Of a stretch of 36,866 nt of DNA, positions 9,811 through 18,624 are shown piece by piece (within the stretch, counting starts at the first letter, position 1; each line of letters starts with the position of its first letter). The notes below the pieces were generated by a model, which saw nothing but the letters and a program-made list of their open reading frames with translations, did not search any database and was not told the origin of the DNA. Position numbers and translations under genes: made by a program. The DNA is taken from the IMG/VR virus record IMGVR_UViG_2724679138_000004, one strand, 5' to 3'. Source of the stretch: a virus. Taxonomy: Duplodnaviria > Heunggongvirae > Uroviricota > Caudoviricetes.

Positions 9811-10094
9811 TTGACACCATTAGAAAATTTGTTATTTATTTCTATTTTTTGAAAAATCACTTTTTAAAAAGTGGTCATATGCATAACTGAAAGCTGCGTT
9901 GTCACTGTCAAAATCATTTTCCGTTATGGCTTCCCATCCCCTCAACCACTTGTGCCTAATGCGCCACTTATGGGGTCCGCTTGGAAAACGGAAAATATCC
10001 TACGTTAAGCCTGTTTTTTAAGCAAGCATGACAGGCAGCTTTGAGCGAGGAGCGAACATGTGGTTTTTCAATAGTAACACCCGCTCCTTCCATC

Positions 10095-10415
10095 CTACTG
10101 CGGAGTGCAATCTATAGATAAAATCGTTTTCCGTGACTTAGCTTCTGGAGGGGACATTTCCTCGCTTTCGCTGATATTGAAGCTCCATGCGCCAACGCCT
10201 TTGACTTTCGAAAACAACAATTCACCTTCATAGCCTAGATCGTCAGTGCCAGCGATTATGACCATCCCACTCAACGTTCTCTGGTATGCATTCTCAAAAA
10301 CACGCCCCTCATAATCAATAGTTGCCCGTTCTTTGTCGAAGACAACCGCTTTGTCGCCCTCACAACGCATTACTGACTTGGCTTGTGATACACAGGAAAA
10401 ACCCAGAAGGATCAA
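10095..10415 (-). CDS. Small hypothetical protein, possible Sec signal peptide (…LLILILLGFSCVSQA|KSV)
   Basis: 106-aa ORF with TTG start in the track; no in-frame ATG upstream, so the true start and the signal-peptide reading are uncertain. Confidence 0.4.
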   Translation of the reverse strand: MILLGFSCVSQAKSVMRCEGDKAVVFDKERATIDYEGRVFENAYQRTLSGMVIIAGTDDLGYEGELLFSKVKGVGAWSFNISESEEMSPPEAKSRKTILSIDCTPQ

Positions 10416-10481
10416 TATCAGCAGTCTTTTAATTATTTATCTTCTACATACATAATTAAGGAGTGAAGTGGTCAACAAAAA

Positions 10482-10520
10482 CTGGCCGCATTATAAGATA
10501 TGTTTCAAGAACCACAAACG
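10482..10520 (-). promoter_or_regulatory. Candidate sigma70 promoter for the cargo genes (perfect -10 TATAAT on the minus strand at plus 10490-10495; weak -35 TTTGTG)
   Basis: Hexamers read by eye in the G-cargo intergenic region; 17-nt spacer. Confidence 0.3.
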
Positions 10521-10604
10521 TCAGCTTTTGGCACAGAGCGGACTGTCAGATTAGGCTTTACTCTGTTCTATAGGTATGTAAGCTCACACCAGAGTTCATA
10601 CAAC

Positions 10605-11132
10605 TTATTGCGGCATTTCCGGCCATTCAGGATTTGCAGGAACCACACGACTGACCAGAACACTGTAGCGTTCCCATGCCTCCAGTCGACTGCGCTCCTC
10701 ATCTGTTGCCATATTCAGCCTGACAGCGCGCTCCAGCGGCAAAATCACGGATTCAGCATCTGCTAGAAGTCTGGCTTTCCGATTTTCTGCCTGCTGCTGC
10801 AATTCCTCTGCCGTATAAATGCGTTTAATCACTGTGCCATCCTTAAACATCCAGTTCCCTGAAATGTCCGCCCGTCGGTTAGCAGTAATATCCGCCACTT
10901 CAACAACACTTAATCCATCCGGTCTGATAGCTGTCACATCCTTTTCCACATAGCGGATGATATTATCTTTGTCGTACGCTATTTTTATCGTGTCATCAGC
11001 AAAATACTTTTGTTCTTCGTACCAGTTCTTACCATCTTCTGAAAAAAACCAGACAACATCAAAGTCCTTTGTCAATTGATATTGTTCAACCGTTTTTGGA
11101 TTACCCGCCGTAATATTTTTTAAATGCTGCAT
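10605..11132 (-). CDS. G: Tail fibre assembly chaperone G
   Basis: 175 aa as in P2 gpG, directly downstream of H; N-terminal half is AT-richer than the backbone, typical of host-range cassettes. Confidence 0.88.
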   Translation of the reverse strand: MQHLKNITAGNPKTVEQYQLTKDFDVVWFFSEDGKNWYEEQKYFADDTIKIAYDKDNIIRYVEKDVTAIRPDGLSVVEVADITANRRADISGNWMFKDGTVIKRIYTAEELQQQAENRKARLLADAESVILPLERAVRLNMATDEERSRLEAWERYSVLVSRVVPANPEWPEMPQ

Positions 11133-11135
11133 AAA

Positions 11136-13385
11136 TTATACCTGCGCCACGTTATACCATGTCCCGTTAATGTATTTCTGCACCGGTCTGTAATATACGC
11201 CACCAATGTTATCGGCAGAGTTTGAGCCGGTATCCTGAACAATAATGCCGGTATATACGCAACCTGACGGAGCCTGATGCGTCCATGTAGTACCATTATT
11301 TGCTGGTTTATATGTAGATGCACCGCCCAGCCGCATGTCTCTCACATAACGTGAATCTGACTCAGCTTTGGTGTATGCACCAACATCTCCCGCTGAGGGT
11401 TTATGAGCAGTTGTATATAGTTGCGCCCATCCAGACCAGTTAGCATCTGTGGTATCTCGTCGGGAGCGAATATATGCCGGAGCATGAGCACCGCTGGTTC
11501 CACTCCAGCCAATAAGTAACTCACCCTCTCCTACAGCGGTTACGCCAGTGAGATGAAGCACATTACCATAGGCTGTTGGGTAGCCATTGTTGTATGCCTC
11601 ATACATCTGAATACCTGGTGTCCCCTTTACGCTCCCACCTAATGCAGTAACACGGTTTCTGGATACCAGTGTATTAATATTTATATCGGCAGAGCCATCA
11701 AATCTGACACCATTAATATTTCTTGCGTTCGCTAACTTAGTTGCTGTTGCAGCATTTCCTGAAAGGCTGGAAATAAATGGATGTGAACAGTAATAACCAC
11801 GTCCATTTTTAAAATCCAGAATAGCCTGTACGTTCGTGCTTTCTGTAGCGGGATTAGTTGCCCCCCACTTATATGTCGTCTGACCGACGACATAATCCTC
11901 TGTCGGAACAATAACCGTTAGCCCTTCCTCTGCAAGAATTTGTACTGGGAAAGCTCTGGCTTCAACATAAAAAACACTACATACATCATCATCTTTCAGG
12001 CTTGTAACAATGGAATGGATTGAACGCTCATTAGTCTGATACGTCCAGAAATAACCTGCCGCATATGAACCACGATCGGTCCAGCCTCCGGGCATAACCA
12101 TGCCATTAAACTCGCAGTTATTCATTACATAATCGCCGTTATAACAACCAGTTGAAATAACGACGCGGGATGCCATTTCTCCTGAAAGGCTGGCAGCACG
12201 GCGAAAGATAACGGGATACCACTTCCCGGCAACGACATTTGCAGGGGCTGCAAACGAATACTTTCGCATTCCCTTTTTCTTATCCACTTCACCTTTGCTG
12301 TAAACATTAATGTTACTCAGGAAGCGTCCTTTATCAGGAATATCCGCACCGTTCTGATCTTTCTGAAGACGTTTTTCAGCATTGTCATAGGCAGACTTCA
12401 CCGCTTTTGGTGTTGCAGCCAGCGTTTCAGAATCACTGTTGGTGGCGCTACTGAGCTGGACAAGACCTTTTCGCGCTGTGGTGGCATCCTGTGCAGTGTA
12501 TTTCCCGTTAGCAAGGTCATACGCTGTCTTAACCGCCTTTGGCGTTGCCGCAAGCGTTTCAGAATCGCTGTTGGTGGCGCTACTGAGCTGGACAAGGCCT
12601 TTTCGCGCGGTGGTGGCGTCCTGTGCAGTGTATTTCCCGTTAGCAAGGTCATATGCTGCTTTTACCGCTTTTGGTGTTGCGGCGAGCGTTTCAGACGTGC
12701 TGTTGGTGGCACTACTGAGCTGGACAAGGCCTTTTCGCGCTGTGGTGGCGTCCTGTGCAGTGTATTTCCCGTTAGCAAGGTCATATGCTGCTTTTACCGC
12801 TTTTGGTGTTGCGGCGAGTGTTTCAGACGTGCTGTTGGTCGCACTGCTTAACTGAGTAAAACCTTTGGCGGTCAGCGAGGCGTCCGGGTGACGTCGTGAC
12901 TGTTCATGTTCTGCAATTTTGTCATCAACGTAATCCTGCGTTGCCATCACCGTTGTGGTGTCAATGGTCAGCGCCACTGAGGCCACACTGCTGACGATGA
13001 TGACCATGCGGCAGGTCTGCGAACGCCCTGAGCCTTCGGCAAGAGCTGGCTTATAACTTTCAGCCATGTTCGCCACGGCAATTAACGTTCCAGCATCATC
13101 GTACAGGCCAAGCTCACGCATCCAGAAACCGCCCACCTCCGGCGGAATAACCAGCTCTGCGATAATATAATTACTGTTTCGTTTGTCCTGGCTGATTTTG
13201 TTCAGCGCATGTCGCCAGACTTCGTGGATAAGCCCGGTCTGTCCGGCATCCGGGACAGGCAATTTACCACCGCCATCCCCGACGGCCATCGTGGTAATGT
13301 TGACCTTCCGCCCTCCCGGCGCGGTTGCCGCTGCCAGCTTTGCTGCACCGGCAGTGGTGATAACGGTTTTAAATTTCGTGCTCAT
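11136..13385 (-). CDS. H: Tail fibre protein H with four tandem 44-aa repeats
   Basis: 749 aa; N-terminus matches P2 gpH (MSTKFKTVITTAGAAKLAAA...); central repeats ...LSSATNSTSETLAATPKAVKAAYD...; divergent C-terminal receptor-binding part. Confidence 0.9.
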   Translation of the reverse strand: MSTKFKTVITTAGAAKLAAATAPGGRKVNITTMAVGDGGGKLPVPDAGQTGLIHEVWRHALNKISQDKRNSNYIIAELVIPPEVGGFWMRELGLYDDAGTLIAVANMAESYKPALAEGSGRSQTCRMVIIVSSVASVALTIDTTTVMATQDYVDDKIAEHEQSRRHPDASLTAKGFTQLSSATNSTSETLAATPKAVKAAYDLANGKYTAQDATTARKGLVQLSSATNSTSETLAATPKAVKAAYDLANGKYTAQDATTARKGLVQLSSATNSDSETLAATPKAVKTAYDLANGKYTAQDATTARKGLVQLSSATNSDSETLAATPKAVKSAYDNAEKRLQKDQNGADIPDKGRFLSNINVYSKGEVDKKKGMRKYSFAAPANVVAGKWYPVIFRRAASLSGEMASRVVISTGCYNGDYVMNNCEFNGMVMPGGWTDRGSYAAGYFWTYQTNERSIHSIVTSLKDDDVCSVFYVEARAFPVQILAEEGLTVIVPTEDYVVGQTTYKWGATNPATESTNVQAILDFKNGRGYYCSHPFISSLSGNAATATKLANARNINGVRFDGSADININTLVSRNRVTALGGSVKGTPGIQMYEAYNNGYPTAYGNVLHLTGVTAVGEGELLIGWSGTSGAHAPAYIRSRRDTTDANWSGWAQLYTTAHKPSAGDVGAYTKAESDSRYVRDMRLGGASTYKPANNGTTWTHQAPSGCVYTGIIVQDTGSNSADNIGGVYYRPVQKYINGTWYNVAQV
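12380..12875. repeat. About four tandem copies of a 132-bp coding repeat inside H (phage tail-fibre repeat)
   Basis: Near-identical 132-nt units visible in the DNA; the antisense ORF 12439-12855 is repetitive for the same reason. Confidence 0.85.
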
Positions 13386-13395
13386 TATTCCTCAC

Positions 13396-13926
13396 TTATC
13401 CGGGGTAAACCGTAATTACATCGCCGTCGTAAGCCACACCACCGGCGAACAGATAGCCGGGAATGTCCCGGGTAATGTTCAGGCCAATAAGGTGGCGGCT
13501 TGCAGGTTTGGCATCGGCAATCAGCCGTTCCATTTCCTGATACATTGCCTCTGTGATGCCGCTTTCCAGTACACCAATATCAAGCCGGAAGGTGCCGGGC
13601 GGGTCACTGTTTTCCCACCACTCCGTCACGTTGATGAGATAGCCGAGCGGCTCCACCACACGCCGGATTGCGCCGATAGTGCCTTTATGACAGTGGATGA
13701 AATAGGCATCGCGGATAACGGCGCGTTTTGTCGCTTCCGGCCACTTTTCATCCCACCTGTCGACCGAAAACGCCCACGCCAGCCACGGCAGCAGATTTGC
13801 CGGGCAGGTGTCCGGGTTCCACAGCTCACGAATACTGACCGGTGTTTTTTCAATTTCCGCACAGGCTTTTGCGGCGGCAACTTCAAGCGGTGATGAGCCG
13901 GTCGGCAGCAGTCGCGAATCACTCAT
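13396..13926 (-). CDS. I: Baseplate assembly protein I
   Basis: 176 aa; P2 gpI length and position. Confidence 0.9.
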   Translation of the reverse strand: MSDSRLLPTGSSPLEVAAAKACAEIEKTPVSIRELWNPDTCPANLLPWLAWAFSVDRWDEKWPEATKRAVIRDAYFIHCHKGTIGAIRRVVEPLGYLINVTEWWENSDPPGTFRLDIGVLESGITEAMYQEMERLIADAKPASRHLIGLNITRDIPGYLFAGGVAYDGDVITVYPG

Positions 13927-14827
13927 CCGAGCCTCCGGTCACGACGCGGTATTCGGTACAGAAAGACGCCTGCGTACTGTTGAGCACGATGTCGGCCAGC
14001 GGTGCAGCCAGTTCGACACGCTGCACACCTTCAACATGCAAGGCGGCATAAATGGCAGACAGACGGATGTCGCGCCCCAGCCGGTGCTGTGCCGTGATGT
14101 ATGCTTCCAGTTTTTTCACGGCGGCCGCGCGGATGGGTTCGCTTTCGGGACCAGGGTAAAGGTAAAGCGTGGCGTTTATCTGGTATTCAACAATGGCGGC
14201 AGACTGCACGGTCACGCGGTCGGCCACCGGTCTGACGTCCTCGCCATTCAGGGCGTTACGCACCACGGCCAGCAGGTCTTCGGATGCGACACCGTTATTT
14301 TCACGTGACAGCACAGAGATGGTGACGCAGGCAGGAGACGGACTGGTGACAGAAATATCGGCGACACGCCCGTCGGCACTGCGACCATGATACTGATAAG
14401 CTCCCACTGACCCGGCGACGCTTAAGCCCTCAAAAGCCTGCTGAATACGCAGACGATAATCGGTGTCAGACTCCATCACTGCCGGTGTCGGCGGGATGGT
14501 CGAATCATCTGCCGGAGTGATAGTCAGGCGCGTGGTGTTGTAATTGGCACCAATCACATCAAGGTCATTACCGGCGGCACAGGCCAGCATTACCGCCCGT
14601 GCGGCCTCATTCACACGCTGACGCCAGATAAGCTCACGATAAGCATTTTCCTCCAGCAGTTTGACGAGAGGCTCGGATTCCAGCGTCAGGGTACGGGCGA
14701 CCGCCTCCTGCTGGTCTTCCGGGTAAAGGGAAATCAGTGTCGCCTTGCGTTCGGCAAGAATGGTTTCAAAGTCCAGCTCCTCGACCACATCCGGTGCGGG
14801 TAGCTGGTTCAGGTCGATAATCGGCAT
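13919..14827 (-). CDS. J: Baseplate protein J
   Basis: 302 aa; P2 gpJ length and position. Confidence 0.9.
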   Translation of the reverse strand: MPIIDLNQLPAPDVVEELDFETILAERKATLISLYPEDQQEAVARTLTLESEPLVKLLEENAYRELIWRQRVNEAARAVMLACAAGNDLDVIGANYNTTRLTITPADDSTIPPTPAVMESDTDYRLRIQQAFEGLSVAGSVGAYQYHGRSADGRVADISVTSPSPACVTISVLSRENNGVASEDLLAVVRNALNGEDVRPVADRVTVQSAAIVEYQINATLYLYPGPESEPIRAAAVKKLEAYITAQHRLGRDIRLSAIYAALHVEGVQRVELAAPLADIVLNSTQASFCTEYRVVTGGSDE

Positions 14828-14831
14828 GGTT

Positions 14832-15179
14832 TCAACTCACAGGGATGGTTAACGAAAGTGGCTGGCCGGTGTCGTTGTGCTGGCCGGTTAACGTGACCGT
14901 CATTCGCCCGTCAAAACTGCGCTCAGTGGTGACGGATGACAGGGTGACGCGGGGTTCCCATTTCAGCACCGCCATGTAACAGGCGACCTTAATCTGCAAC
15001 TCAAGCGCCGGGGTCTGCGGCTGGTCAATCATTGACGCCAGCAACGAGCCGTAATCACGGCGCATCACCCGTGAGCCGACCGGTGTGCGCAGGATATCGC
15101 CGATACTCTGGCTGATATGCTCAAGGTCAGTGACAGTCAGGCCATCACTGCGATTCATTCCGAGATAACGCGCTGTCAT
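14832..15179 (-). CDS. W: Baseplate wedge protein W
   Basis: 115 aa; P2 gpW length and position. Confidence 0.9.
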   Translation of the reverse strand: MTARYLGMNRSDGLTVTDLEHISQSIGDILRTPVGSRVMRRDYGSLLASMIDQPQTPALELQIKVACYMAVLKWEPRVTLSSVTTERSFDGRMTVTLTGQHNDTGQPLSLTIPVS

Positions 15180-15811
15180 AGAGGACTCCCGGTTGTGCCG
15201 CCGCTGTCGCCGGGGTGTTTATGGGTATGCAGTACCTTACCGTTCGATGAGAGTTCACCGCCGGTGTGTTCAATGTTGCCGCGCATCGTCCCGCCCTTCT
15301 GCACTTCCAGCGTGCCGGTAATCAGCCTGTTGGTGCAGACCACCTCCGGTGTGTCCAGGGTGACGCGGGTTGATGCTTTCACCGTGACCACCGGCACCGT
15401 GGCAGTAACAGAATCAGAAGCCGTCACGCTGGCCGTTTTAATTCCGCTTACCGTGAGTGCACTGGTTTCGGGTTCATATTCAATCACCGCCCCGTCAGGG
15501 AAACGGATATGCAGGGCATCCGCCGACACAGACGGCGAGGGGTTATCGCCGGAATAAATCCCCGGCAGAACGAACGCCGTGTCGAGTTCACCGCCCACGG
15601 CCAGAATCAGCACCTGTTCCCCCACGGAAGGTGCCCACCATGTGCGCGAACGCCCGGCACGATGGGTCAGCCACTGAAGCCAGTCGGTGCACATGCCGCC
15701 GGTCTGCACACGGCAGCGACCGGCGTTAAGGTTGGTTTCGACGACAAGACCGGTGCGAATCATGTTGCGCAGTGCGCGCGCGAGTTCCTGAATATTTGCG
15801 AGAGTGTTCAT
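15176..15811 (-). CDS. V: Baseplate spike / assembly protein V
   Basis: ATG at 15809-15811 gives 211 aa (MNTLANIQELARAL...), matching P2 gpV; the listed ORF begins at an upstream TTG. Confidence 0.88.
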   Translation of the reverse strand: MNTLANIQELARALRNMIRTGLVVETNLNAGRCRVQTGGMCTDWLQWLTHRAGRSRTWWAPSVGEQVLILAVGGELDTAFVLPGIYSGDNPSPSVSADALHIRFPDGAVIEYEPETSALTVSGIKTASVTASDSVTATVPVVTVKASTRVTLDTPEVVCTNRLITGTLEVQKGGTMRGNIEHTGGELSSNGKVLHTHKHPGDSGGTTGSPL

Positions 15812-15894
15812 GCGTGTGAGATTGCACAATATATAAAAGTTATGCTATCTGGATTCATTTGTAGAACGACCATACAACATTCGAGGAGAGCGTA

Positions 15895-16680
15895 ATGTTC
15901 AGTGATAATGTGACTAATGCGTGGTGGTTTATCTCTTTGTATCTATTTTTATTAATAGCATTAACATTTATTACCTTTGGTAAAAGTAATCTTATGAGAT
16001 TTATTGCACATCATTTCAATTTTGAGTATTCAGACAGAAAGTTAAAAATGCTCGACAAAAAATGGCGCGACATTCAACTATTTAAAATAATTAACGGAAT
16101 CAATGTATCAGGCATCGAAGATGTGAGAATGATACAGCAGGGGCTGATTGATGGAAAACTAAAAACATCGTATTTTTTTCTTACTCGCTTCTGGGGTGAC
16201 ATAACAAAACCACCACACATAATTAAAACAATAATTGTAATTCTGTCCAGCATTATTTATATTCTCTTCGCATGTTATATACACAACAAACAATCCGCTA
16301 TAGTAAGAGATGCCATAGGCATACCATATAAAAATATGATGTACTATGTTTATAGTGACAAAGTTCTTTTATCCTTCAACAATAAAACAGTTGAATTCAA
16401 TAAAACTTATAGCCTTGCCGATTGCAAGAGGCTACGAAACGTATTTATAAAAGACACACTTCCTGAGATCGCCTGCAATAAGCTCTTACAGCTAAACGAG
16501 GAGGACTCGGAATGGTTAAGTCAGGAGATTAAAGATAATAACAGCCAAAAAAAAGCATTATTAATAATATCCCTCATCTATTTCATTTCAGGTCTGGTTA
16601 TATTCCTGTCATATACAAAATTCCTTTACGCCAATAAGAAGGTTGTAGAATACAAAGCATCAAATAAAAATCACTCATAA
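15895..16680 (+). CDS. AT-rich moron: hypothetical membrane protein with three predicted transmembrane helices
   Basis: 261-aa ORF on the strand opposite the late genes; strong RBS GAGGAGAG 5-12 nt upstream of ATG; hydrophobic segments near aa 9-28, 108-128 and 220-245; occupies the P2 orf30 position between V and S. Confidence 0.8.
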   Translation: MFSDNVTNAWWFISLYLFLLIALTFITFGKSNLMRFIAHHFNFEYSDRKLKMLDKKWRDIQLFKIINGINVSGIEDVRMIQQGLIDGKLKTSYFFLTRFWGDITKPPHIIKTIIVILSSIIYILFACYIHNKQSAIVRDAIGIPYKNMMYYVYSDKVLLSFNNKTVEFNKTYSLADCKRLRNVFIKDTLPEIACNKLLQLNEEDSEWLSQEIKDNNSQKKALLIISLIYFISGLVIFLSYTKFLYANKKVVEYKASNKNHS

Positions 16681-16686
16681 ACCTCT

Positions 16687-16721
16687 AAACATTGAGCGAC
16701 CAGCATGGCCGCTCAATGTTT
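16687..16721. terminator. Bidirectional hairpin terminator between the moron (+) and S (-)
   Basis: Perfect 12-bp inverted repeat AAACATTGAGCG / CGCTCAATGTTT with an 11-nt loop, T-rich on both sides. Confidence 0.55.
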
Positions 16722-16751
16722 AATTGCGCATCAGCCTCTGCCTGGATAAAA

Positions 16752-17204
16752 CTAACGCTCAAGGTGAGCCAGGATAATCTCTTCAATCATCTGCACATCC
16801 TCACCGGTAAAGCCGAGCAGAGGACGCGCCGGATAATCAATTTTCTTACCGTCTTTCCGGGTTTCTTCCGACAGACCGAACTGATGCACACTGGCGATTT
16901 TCGGCGACTTCCCGCCGTAAAATTCCATTGATGCCTGTTCCGGGCTGGCGCGGATATGCAAAAAACGACTGGTGATAAGTTTCGCAAACATTTTTCGTTT
17001 AACGCGACCGGTCTTTTTTCTGGCGCTCTGCTGCTGGCGTGGTGCGTAGGGTGTGCCGTCCGGGGCTTTCTGTGCCATCACCCGACGCTGCTGACTCTGA
17101 CGCAGACGTTTCGCCAGTTCGGCACTCAGTCGCCGACGCCCTGACGGTGACAGCGACTCAATAAGTCCGGTCAGCCGGTCTTCAAAACGCTTAAACTCAT
17201 TCAT
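16752..17204 (-). CDS. S: Tail completion protein S
   Basis: 150 aa; P2 gpS length and position. Confidence 0.9.
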   Translation of the reverse strand: MNEFKRFEDRLTGLIESLSPSGRRRLSAELAKRLRQSQQRRVMAQKAPDGTPYAPRQQQSARKKTGRVKRKMFAKLITSRFLHIRASPEQASMEFYGGKSPKIASVHQFGLSEETRKDGKKIDYPARPLLGFTGEDVQMIEEIILAHLER

Positions 17205-17664
17205 CCCACTTGCTCACCAGTTCGCCATTGATATACAGCTCCATCGGGCGGGTAACCGGCTCCGGCGGCGGAGGTTCAGGGATATTCTTCACATGCAGCG
17301 CGCCGTCCACCTCACTGACCAGCGTGCGCTCGGTCAGCATCAGGCTGATGCTTATATCAAAGCTGCTGTCATTGTTGATGTCTGCATAAAACGTGAAGCC
17401 CTTTTTCTGGCCTTCGTCGGTGGTCATGATGTCGGGCTGATTTTCCCGCAGCCACGCCAGCACCGGCACGATGAGCAGGTCAAAATCACCGGTAAAGTCG
17501 GTCACAATCACATTGAGCGTGTAACGCTTTTCGAATGACAACGACGCCGCCAGTGTGGAGGCAATACTCCCGTTATCCACGAATATCCGCAGCATATCGG
17601 GGTTAGTTTTCAACGCCGTGACGGCATCAGTCAGCGCCCTGCGCAGGCTGTCGGGTTTGAGCAT
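17197..17664 (-). CDS. R: Tail completion protein R
   Basis: 155 aa; P2 gpR length and position. Confidence 0.9.
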   Translation of the reverse strand: MLKPDSLRRALTDAVTALKTNPDMLRIFVDNGSIASTLAASLSFEKRYTLNVIVTDFTGDFDLLIVPVLAWLRENQPDIMTTDEGQKKGFTFYADINNDSSFDISISLMLTERTLVSEVDGALHVKNIPEPPPPEPVTRPMELYINGELVSKWDE

Positions 17665-17917
17665 CGTTTTCGTCCTGACAGTGTTTAACCATTTTTACCT
17701 GGCTGGCACAGCGTGCCAGCGCGTTCTCAAGCTGCCGGATATCGGCACTTAAATCGCCGTTCGTCTGCGGGTCACTGCCCGGCATCGGGCAAAGGCTCAC
17801 TTTCGGGCAGGCGTTGTGGACAATCACTGGCGTCGGTGCAGGCGGGGCGCTGGTGCAACCGGCGCACAGCATCAGGCAGGTCAGCACCGTACCAGCGGCG
17901 AAAATCTTCGTTTTCAT
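17627..17917 (-). CDS. lysC: LysC, Rz1-like outer-membrane spanin lipoprotein, nested across the lysB/R junction
   Basis: 96-aa ORF in an alternative frame; lipoprotein-type signal (…LTCLMLCAGC), Pro-rich mature part. Confidence 0.7.
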   Translation of the reverse strand: MKTKIFAAGTVLTCLMLCAGCTSAPPAPTPVIVHNACPKVSLCPMPGSDPQTNGDLSADIRQLENALARCASQVKMVKHCQDENDAQTRQPAQGAD

Positions 17918-18197
17918 TCAGTAACCTCGTGATGGTTTTCTCGCGCTGTGCTTCACGCTTCGCGGCGTTCTCCAGTTCCTGACGCAGTGCCACCTGCGCC
18001 AGCTCGTTTTTGTCTGCCCTGGTGAGGGCAACATGAAGCTGCTTTTTCAGCATGGTGATGGTCGTCTGCTGCCCACTGGCGACGTTGTTCGCCCTGTCCA
18101 GCGAGGCGCGCAGGCTGGCGTTTTCATGCTTCGCCAGAAACAGCCCCGCCACCGCCAGCGATAACAACACGACCAGCACAATCATCAGCTTTGACAT
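17772..18197 (-). CDS. lysB: LysB, Rz-like inner-membrane spanin
   Basis: 141 aa; N-terminal TM helix then coiled-coil; P2 LysB length. Confidence 0.88.
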   Translation of the reverse strand: MSKLMIVLVVLLSLAVAGLFLAKHENASLRASLDRANNVASGQQTTITMLKKQLHVALTRADKNELAQVALRQELENAAKREAQREKTITRLLNENEDFRRWYGADLPDAVRRLHQRPACTDASDCPQRLPESEPLPDAGQ

Positions 18198-18610
18198 AAT
18201 TCCCGCCCCTCAAGACGCTGACGACAGGCCGTACGTATCAGCCGGAAGAACACCGACGCCACGAGGTAAATCAGCGCAGTAAAAATCCACCCGGCGGCAA
18301 CCAGCGAGATAAACGTCGCCACCATCACCACCAGAGCCGCCGCCCGTCTGCGCCACGGCACCGGCTGCAAAAACAGCGACGTGACAATCTTCACGGCCAG
18401 CGATTCCGGCGGCAGCTCCCGCCCGTAGCGTTCCAGCACATACTCAGTGGCATACACGCCGACACTACCGGCAACCACACAGATAACCATCGCCAGAATC
18501 GCCCAGGCAGCGACAAAACTGACGGCCACGCTCTGCGGGTAAATCAGGGACAGTGCCAGCATCAGCGCCAGCGACACGTTCAGCATCAGTGAAAGGGATA
18601 ATTTCTTCAT
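18185..18610 (-). CDS. lysA: LysA lysis-timing membrane protein
   Basis: 141 aa, multi-TM; P2 LysA length and position. Confidence 0.85.
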   Translation of the reverse strand: MKKLSLSLMLNVSLALMLALSLIYPQSVAVSFVAAWAILAMVICVVAGSVGVYATEYVLERYGRELPPESLAVKIVTSLFLQPVPWRRRAAALVVMVATFISLVAAGWIFTALIYLVASVFFRLIRTACRQRLEGRELCQS

Positions 18611-18624
18611 GGTGTTTACTCCGT

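Noticed and set aside
10500-10766. 88-aa plus-strand ORF overlapping the 3' end of G
   Set aside because: Antisense to G and without a convincing start context.
12439-12855. 138-aa highly repetitive plus-strand ORF that could look like a repeat protein or array
   Set aside because: It is the antisense shadow of the tandem 132-bp coding repeats in tail fibre gene H; units are contiguous with no spacers, so it is neither a CRISPR array nor a separate gene.
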